Below, in pieces: positions 58,151 through 64,000 of a DNA stretch of 64,000 bases. The stretch is taken from assembly GCA_045566995.1 (NCBI GenBank), contig JBJLDU010000009.1:50019-114018 (forward strand), in the 5' to 3' direction. Within the stretch, counting starts at the first letter, position 1; every line of letters begins with the position of its first letter. A model generated the notes under the pieces. That model was not told the origin of the DNA and ran no database searches. It saw nothing but the letters and a program-made list of their open reading frames with translations. Position numbers and translations under genes: made by a program. The DNA is from Candidatus Pelagibacter sp. (GTDB taxonomy: Bacteria; Pseudomonadota; Alphaproteobacteria; Pelagibacterales; Pelagibacteraceae).

Positions 58151-59103
58151 AAGATAAAAACAAAAAACCAATCCAACCAGTAAGTGGAACAAAAGTTCCA
58201 AGATATGCGGGACCATCAACCTTCGCTAGATTACCGGAATTAAGAGACGTTGAAAGTTGTGATGTTGCAATTGTTGGAGTTCCTTTTGATTCAGGAACTA
58301 GTTACAGACCTGGAGCACGATTTGGACCGCAAAGTATAAGACAAGCTTCAAGACATTTGAGAACAAATTATCACCCAAGTTACGATGTTGAACCATTTAA
58401 AGTACAACAAGTTGCTGATGCAGGAGATATTGCATGTAATCCATTTAATATTGATGAAGCTATAAAACAAATAGAAGTTGGTGCTACAGATCTTTTAAAT
58501 AAAGTAGGAGGGATTATTAGTCTTGGCGGCGATCATACAATAGCTGTTCCATTGCTTAGAGCAATTAATAAAAAAAATAAAGGTCCAGTTTCATTAGTCC
58601 ATTTCGATGCTCACCTAGATACTTGGGATACTTATTTTGGAGCACCTTACACACACGGCACACCATTTAGGAGAGCTAGAGAGGAAAATTTATTTTTAGA
58701 TGGTGCATCAATGCACGTTGGAATTAGAGGTCCACTCTATAGCAGGGAAGATATCAAAAATGATGAAAGTTTTGGTTTTAAAATAATTCATTGTGATGAA
58801 TTTCAAACAGAAGGTATAGACAAAATAGTTGAGAGAATTAGAAAAAGAGTAGGAGACAATGCCTTATATCTGTCGATAGACATAGACGTCTTAGATCCAG
58901 CTTTTGCTCCTGGAACTGGCACACCAGAGATAGCAGGTATGACAACTAGAGAAATTGTAAATGTTATTAGAGGATTGTCAGGCTTAAACTTAGTTTCAGC
59001 TGATGTAGTTGAGGTAGCACCAGCATATGATCATGCAGAAGTAACTTCTTTAGCAGCTGCAACAATTGTTTATGAATTGACAAATTTGTTTGCAAAAGTC
59101 TAA
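58147..59103 (+). CDS. speB: Agmatinase/guanidinobutyrase (ureohydrolase)
   Basis: GGDHT, DAHLD, HGTPF, SIDIDVLDPAFAPGTGTP; TTG start. Confidence 0.88.
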   Translation: MKDKNKKPIQPVSGTKVPRYAGPSTFARLPELRDVESCDVAIVGVPFDSGTSYRPGARFGPQSIRQASRHLRTNYHPSYDVEPFKVQQVADAGDIACNPFNIDEAIKQIEVGATDLLNKVGGIISLGGDHTIAVPLLRAINKKNKGPVSLVHFDAHLDTWDTYFGAPYTHGTPFRRAREENLFLDGASMHVGIRGPLYSREDIKNDESFGFKIIHCDEFQTEGIDKIVERIRKRVGDNALYLSIDIDVLDPAFAPGTGTPEIAGMTTREIVNVIRGLSGLNLVSADVVEVAPAYDHAEVTSLAAATIVYELTNLFAKV

Positions 59104-59122
59104 AGAATAGATAGCTTAATAT

Positions 59123-60556
59123 ATGTTAGAAAAAAGAAATTTTTATATAAATGGTAAATGGGTAGAGCCAAAAAATTCTAAAGACATTCAAGTAATAAAT
59201 CCTGCTACAGAAAAAAGTTGTGCAGTTATTTCACTGGGTGGAAAAGAAGATGTTGATGATGCAGTATCAGCTGCAAAAACTGCTTTTCAAACTTGGGGTT
59301 TCACAAAAAAAGAGGAGAGGATTAAACTATTAGAAAAGTTTTATGAGCTATATAAAAAAAGATGGAATGACACTACAGAAGCAATAATGATGGAAATGGG
59401 TGCTCCAAAAGATTTTGCATCCAAACTACAAACTGGTACAGGAGCCAGCCATACAAAATCATTTATAAAATATCTTAAAGCTTTTGATTTTGAAAAACCT
59501 TTAGGAGATCATGCACAAGATCAGAGAATTATTTATGAACCCAAAGGAGTTTGTGTATTAATAACACCTTGGAATTGGCCAATGAATCAAGTTTGTTTAA
59601 AAGTAATCCCAGCTTTAGCAGCAGGGTGTACTATGATTTTAAAACCTTCTGAGCTAGCACCTTTATCATCAATAATACTTGCAGAACTTATTGATGAGGC
59701 AGGTTTTCCAAAAGGTGTGTTTAATTTAGTTAATGGAGATGGAGAAACTACCGGTAATGCACTGACCAGTCACAAAGATGTGAATATGATATCTTTTACA
59801 GGCTCAACAAGAGCAGGAGCTCTAATTTCACAAAATGCAGCAAAAGACTTTAAGAGGGTAAGTCTTGAATTAGGTGGAAAGGGAGCAAATATTATTTTTA
59901 AAGATGCAGATTCTGAAGCAATTGAAAGAGGAGCCGCAAGATGTTTTAGAAATTCAGGTCAATCATGTAATGCACCTACAAGAATGCTGGTAGAAAAATC
60001 AATTTATGACGATGCAGTTAATAGATTAAAAAAATTTGCTAATGAATATAAAGTTGATATTCCCCAAAAAGAAGGAGATCACATTGGTCCAGTAATATCA
60101 GAAACACAATATAATAAAATTCAAGGTTTAATTAAAAAGGGTATAGACGAAGGTGCTAATTTAATAGCAGGAGGACCTGGAAAACCTGATGGTTTTGAAG
60201 ATGGTTATTATGTAAAGCCAACTGTTTTTGCCGATGTAAATAATAATATGGAAATTGCCAGAACTGAGATTTTCGGTCCAGTATTATCAGTAATTCCATT
60301 TGAAACAGAAGAAGAGGCAATAGAAATCGCAAATGATACTCCTTATGGTTTGACAAACTATATTCAAACTGAAGATCAAGAAAAAGTTAAAAGAGTTGCA
60401 AGAAAACTTAGATCTGGGATGATAGTTGCAAACACGGCTTCACTTGCTGTAGACGCTCCATTTGGAGGATTTAAACACTCCGGAATAGGAAGAGAAGGTG
60501 GGAAAGAAGGATTATTAGAATTTTTAGAAGTAAAATCTATAGGTGGTTGGAATTAA
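59123..60556 (+). CDS. Aldehyde dehydrogenase (paralog of 32213..33643)
   Basis: ITPWNWP, FTGSTRAG, LELGGK, GQSCNAPTRM. Confidence 0.93.
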   Translation: MLEKRNFYINGKWVEPKNSKDIQVINPATEKSCAVISLGGKEDVDDAVSAAKTAFQTWGFTKKEERIKLLEKFYELYKKRWNDTTEAIMMEMGAPKDFASKLQTGTGASHTKSFIKYLKAFDFEKPLGDHAQDQRIIYEPKGVCVLITPWNWPMNQVCLKVIPALAAGCTMILKPSELAPLSSIILAELIDEAGFPKGVFNLVNGDGETTGNALTSHKDVNMISFTGSTRAGALISQNAAKDFKRVSLELGGKGANIIFKDADSEAIERGAARCFRNSGQSCNAPTRMLVEKSIYDDAVNRLKKFANEYKVDIPQKEGDHIGPVISETQYNKIQGLIKKGIDEGANLIAGGPGKPDGFEDGYYVKPTVFADVNNNMEIARTEIFGPVLSVIPFETEEEAIEIANDTPYGLTNYIQTEDQEKVKRVARKLRSGMIVANTASLAVDAPFGGFKHSGIGREGGKEGLLEFLEVKSIGGWN

Positions 60557-61740
60557 TTCAAAGATTTATTTTTAACACCATCTAAAAAACTAATACATTT
60601 TTTAATTTCAGATAATTTTATAAACTCATCAATCTTATGAGCTTGCTTTATAGATCCAGGTCCACATACAACTGTACTTATTCCAATTTCTTGAAATAGT
60701 CCTGCTTCTGTTCCAAATGAAACTACTTCTCTAGAATTATCACCTGTTATACTTGAAACAAATTCACACGCTTCTGAGTTAGAAATTCTATCGAAACCCG
60801 TTATTTCACCAATAATATGTTTTTTAATTGAAGACTCTGGATAAATTTTTTTCATTTCGGGTAAAAGAATTTCTTTTGTAAATTTATCTATTTCGTCATT
60901 TAAAAAAATTCCATCTTCTTTAACAACTGGTCTTGTTTCCCAGTTCACATGACATTTATCAGCGATTACATTATGTGCTATGCCACCAAAAATCCCACCA
61001 ACTTGTAAAGTTGAGTATGGAGGATCAAATATAGAGTCTTTAAGCTGTCTTTCTTTAAGTTTTTCTTTTAATTCTAAGAGTTTATTTACATATCTTGCTG
61101 CAAATTCAACCGCACTTACACCTTTATCTGGTTGAGAACTATGACCTGCAAGACCTTCAAAATAAGTAGTATATTCATAGCATCCTTTGTGTGCATCTAT
61201 TATTTTCATATTAGTTGGTTCACCCACAATACAAATACAATCATGTATTTCCCTTTTTTTTAATTCTTTAATTAAAATAGGCGCGCCTTTACAAGCAGTT
61301 TCCTCATCGAAAGTAAATGAGAAGTGAATATCTCGATCCAAATTTGATGAGGAGAAAATAGGAGCATATGCCAATGCACATGCTATAAATCCTTTCATAT
61401 CACATGAGCCTCTACCAAATAGTTTATCTTCTTTAATTGTTGCATCAAAAGGATCTGTTGCCCATCCTTTAGAAACTGGAACCACATCAGTATGACCAGA
61501 TAGAATTATTGGTTTTTTGTTACTCTCTTTTTTAGCTTTTATAGTTGAAAATAGATTTACTCTTTTTTCTTCTTCATCATATGTTCTAAAGGATACCGCA
61601 CCCAATGAATTTAAAATGTTATCACAATAGTCAATTAGTTGAGTATTGTTTTCACCAGATACAGTTTTAAATGCAATTAAATCTTTTAGTATTTTAATTG
61701 AATTACTATATATTTCTTCTAAATTATTTCCTGTACTCAT
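60553..61740 (-). CDS. argE: Acetylornithine deacetylase (M20)
   Basis: SGHTDVVP, GRGSCDMKG, DEE, GEPT, GTEAG, AHKIDE. Confidence 0.88.
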   Translation of the reverse strand: MSTGNNLEEIYSNSIKILKDLIAFKTVSGENNTQLIDYCDNILNSLGAVSFRTYDEEEKRVNLFSTIKAKKESNKKPIILSGHTDVVPVSKGWATDPFDATIKEDKLFGRGSCDMKGFIACALAYAPIFSSSNLDRDIHFSFTFDEETACKGAPILIKELKKREIHDCICIVGEPTNMKIIDAHKGCYEYTTYFEGLAGHSSQPDKGVSAVEFAARYVNKLLELKEKLKERQLKDSIFDPPYSTLQVGGIFGGIAHNVIADKCHVNWETRPVVKEDGIFLNDEIDKFTKEILLPEMKKIYPESSIKKHIIGEITGFDRISNSEACEFVSSITGDNSREVVSFGTEAGLFQEIGISTVVCGPGSIKQAHKIDEFIKLSEIKKCISFLDGVKNKSLN

Positions 61741-61765
61741 TTGTTTTTAATTATATATTAAATCT

Positions 61766-62107
61766 ATGAAAGAACAAATAACCTACGACATTTATGATAA
61801 AGTAGATATCAGAGTAGGAACAGTAATATCGGTAAAAAAAAATGAAAAAGCAAGGAAACCATCTCTAGTTGTTGAGGTTGACTTTGGGAAAGATATAGGA
61901 ATTAAGCAATCATCAGCACAGATAACTCATTATTATAATGAGGAAAATCTAGTCGGAAAACAAGTAATTGGCATATGTAACTTTCCTGAAAAAAATATAG
62001 CAGGTATTGTGTCTCAGGTTTTAATACTTGGTTCTATAGATGAGGAAGGCAAAGTTGTTCTTGTTCACCCATCCCAAAAAGTAGAAAATGGTTTGCCTGT
62101 AGCTTAA
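61766..62107 (+). CDS. csaA: CsaA / tRNA-binding OB-fold protein
   Basis: DIRVGTV, SSAQIT, NFPEKNIAG, VLILG. Confidence 0.85.
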   Translation: MKEQITYDIYDKVDIRVGTVISVKKNEKARKPSLVVEVDFGKDIGIKQSSAQITHYYNEENLVGKQVIGICNFPEKNIAGIVSQVLILGSIDEEGKVVLVHPSQKVENGLPVA

Positions 62108-62109
62108 AC

Positions 62110-62700
62110 ATGCACCCCGAATTACTGTCTCTATGTTTGTTTATGTTTGTTACGAGCTGTTCACCAGGACCAAATAATATTGTTGCCTCTCACTCTGGGT
62201 TTAATCACGGTTTTAAAAAAACTATTCCTTTAATGTTGGGAGTAATTTTTGGATTTACATTTATGCTCGCAGTAATTAACTTTGGTTTAATTAATATATT
62301 TAAGCTTTATCCAATACTTCAAAAAGGTTTAATCATAACGGGTACAATCTTTTTAATATATTTGTCTTATAAAATATCATTTTCAAAATCATCAAGTGAA
62401 AGTGATAATTTAAAACCCGTAAATTTTATTGAAACATTTCTATATCAATTTCTAAACCCTAAAGGAGTAATTGTTGCTATAATTGCAGTTTCTACCTATG
62501 TAGAATCTGGTGGTAACTTTATTTCATATTCAATTTGGTTATTAAGCATTGCCTTTTTGTTTGCAGTTATTAGTATTATTTTTTGGACTATAATTGGAAA
62601 ATTTATGAGGAAATTCGCGACAAATGAGAAATTTATTAAATGGTTTAATTATGTTATGTCGGCACTCTTATTAAGCTGTATTGCAACTTTTTATTACTAA
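62110..62700 (+). CDS. LysE family translocator
   Basis: SPGPNN, FQ/YQFLNPKG, 6-TM pattern. Confidence 0.85.
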   Translation: MHPELLSLCLFMFVTSCSPGPNNIVASHSGFNHGFKKTIPLMLGVIFGFTFMLAVINFGLINIFKLYPILQKGLIITGTIFLIYLSYKISFSKSSSESDNLKPVNFIETFLYQFLNPKGVIVAIIAVSTYVESGGNFISYSIWLLSIAFLFAVISIIFWTIIGKFMRKFATNEKFIKWFNYVMSALLLSCIATFYY

Positions 62701-62703
62701 ATT

Positions 62704-64000
62704 ATGAAACCAGGAAACCAAAATTCATTTAATTGTCTAAAGGAACTGTCAGTAAATGGAAAAAATTATTCTTTTTATTCACTAAAAGAAGCTGAGAAAA
62801 ATGGTTTAGAAGGTGTAAATAAATTACCAAAATCAATAAAAGTCTTACTTGAAAATCTTCTTAGATATGAAGACAATGTAACAGTAAATAAAGACCAGAT
62901 TTTAGCAATTAAAGAGTGGCTAAATTCAAAAAAATCTAAAACTGAAATTGCATATCGACCTGCAAGAGTACTTCTGCAAGACTATACAGGAATTCCTGCT
63001 GTTGCCGATCTTGCTGCAATGAGAGATACAGTTAAGGAAAAGAACAAAGATCCAGATACAATCAACCCTCTTTCTTCAGTTGATCTTGTAATAGATCATT
63101 CTGTTCAAGTTGATAAGTTTGCAACTAAGAATTCATTAAAAGAAAACGTTGATATTGAGTTTGACAGAAACTTCGAGAGATATTCTTTTTTAAAATGGGG
63201 TCAACAGGCCTTTAATAACTTTAGAATTGTTCCACCAGGTACAGGAATTTGTCACCAAGTGAACTTAGAATATTTATCAAAAGTAGTGTGGAACGAAAAA
63301 TTTGAAGATAAAGAGTATTTGTTTCCAGATACTCTAGTTGGAACTGATAGTCATACTACAATGGTTAACGGTTTATCAGTACTAGGTTGGGGAGTAGGAG
63401 GAATTGAGGCAGAAGCAGGTATGCTGGGGCAGCCAATATCAATGTTGATACCAGAAGTGATTGGTTTTGAAATGAAAAATAAGCTTCCTGAAGGCACAAC
63501 TGCTACAGACTTAGTTTTAACAGTTGTTAAAATGTTAAGAGATAAAGGTGTAGTTGGTAAATTTGTAGAATTTTATGGAGAAGGTCTAAAAAATCTAACA
63601 CTTGCTGATAGAGCAACTATTGCCAATATGGCGCCCGAGTATGGAGCTACCTGTGGATTTTTTCCAATTGATGAAGAAACATTAAAATACCTAGAATTTT
63701 CAGGAAGATCAAAAGAGAACATTCAAATCGTAGAAAAATATGCAAAAGAACAAAATTTGTGGGCAAGTGAAGACGTTGTTTTCACTGATACTTTATCTTT
63801 AGATATGTCCACAGTAGTTCCTACAATTTCTGGACCAAAAAGACCTCAAGATAAAGTTCTTTTAACAGAAGCATCAAAAAATTTTATTAAAGTTTTTGAA
63901 GAAGTATGTAAAAAAACTGATCCAACAGTAGCAAAAGTTAAAGACACAGATTTTGAGATAAAAGATGGAGATATATTAATAGCCGCTATTACATCATGTA
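62704..64000 (+). CDS. acnA: Aconitate hydratase A (runs off window end)
   Basis: Translated by hand from ATG at 62704: KVLLENLLRYED, PARVLLQDYTGIPAVADLAAMRD, DLVIDHSVQVD, GICHQVNLE, GTDSHTT, IAAITSC. Confidence 0.95.
   Translation, partial: MKPGNQNSFNCLKELSVNGKNYSFYSLKEAEKNGLEGVNKLPKSIKVLLENLLRYEDNVTVNKDQILAIKEWLNSKKSKTEIAYRPARVLLQDYTGIPAVADLAAMRDTVKEKNKDPDTINPLSSVDLVIDHSVQVDKFATKNSLKENVDIEFDRNFERYSFLKWGQQAFNNFRIVPPGTGICHQVNLEYLSKVVWNEKFEDKEYLFPDTLVGTDSHTTMVNGLSVLGWGVGGIEAEAGMLGQPISMLIPEVIGFEMKNKLPEGTTATDLVLTVVKMLRDKGVVGKFVEFYGEGLKNLTLADRATIANMAPEYGATCGFFPIDEETLKYLEFSGRSKENIQIVEKYAKEQNLWASEDVVFTDTLSLDMSTVVPTISGPKRPQDKVLLTEASKNFIKVFEEVCKKTDPTVAKVKDTDFEIKDGDILIAAITSC

Noticed and set aside
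1-64000. CRISPR arrays, tRNA/rRNA, IS elements, prophage genes, tandem repeats, frameshifted pseudogenes
   Set aside because: None seen by eye. Intergenic spaces are too short to hold them and all main ORFs appear full length despite many A/T homopolymers.

Overview
Very AT-rich (roughly 30% GC by eye), gene-dense bacterial DNA with tiny intergenic spacers and many overlapping stop/start codons. The protein content (DmdA, PotD-like osmolyte binding protein, BioY, AcnA) fits a streamlined marine alphaproteobacterium, most likely SAR11/Pelagibacterales (inference). The window holds about 60 intact CDS, almost all catabolic enzymes and transporters. I saw no transcription regulator, tRNA/rRNA, integrase, transposase or CRISPR array. 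The theme is scavenging of methylated N/S osmolytes and related small molecules: (i) a trigonelline-pathway-like operon (TgnC/TgnD/TgnF-like genes plus a luciferase-like monooxygenase) with an Xsc-like ThDP enzyme inserted and a candidate structured RNA leader; (ii) gamma-butyrobetaine/carnitine catabolism (BBOX-like, CdhA, CdhC, CdhB-like), co-located with a second TgnB-like monooxygenase and hydrolase; (iii) TauD plus a BetA-like GMC oxidoreductase carrying a choline-oxidase-type His motif; (iv) a BesD/HalD-family hydroxylase; (v) a betaine-family ABC transporter with a fused double permease and two ATPases; (vi) two atypical homocysteine S-methyltransferases; (vii) EutA/DoeA-like ectoine genes with PotABCD-type transport; (viii) an operon with two THF-dependent demethylases (DmdA and GcvT-like), a 2-hydroxyacid oxidase and a ThDP lyase, divergent from a family-5 ABC transporter. 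The window ends in fadN-like, speB, ALDH, argE, csaA, lysE and partial acnA genes. All family assignments come from recalled motifs; no database search was run.
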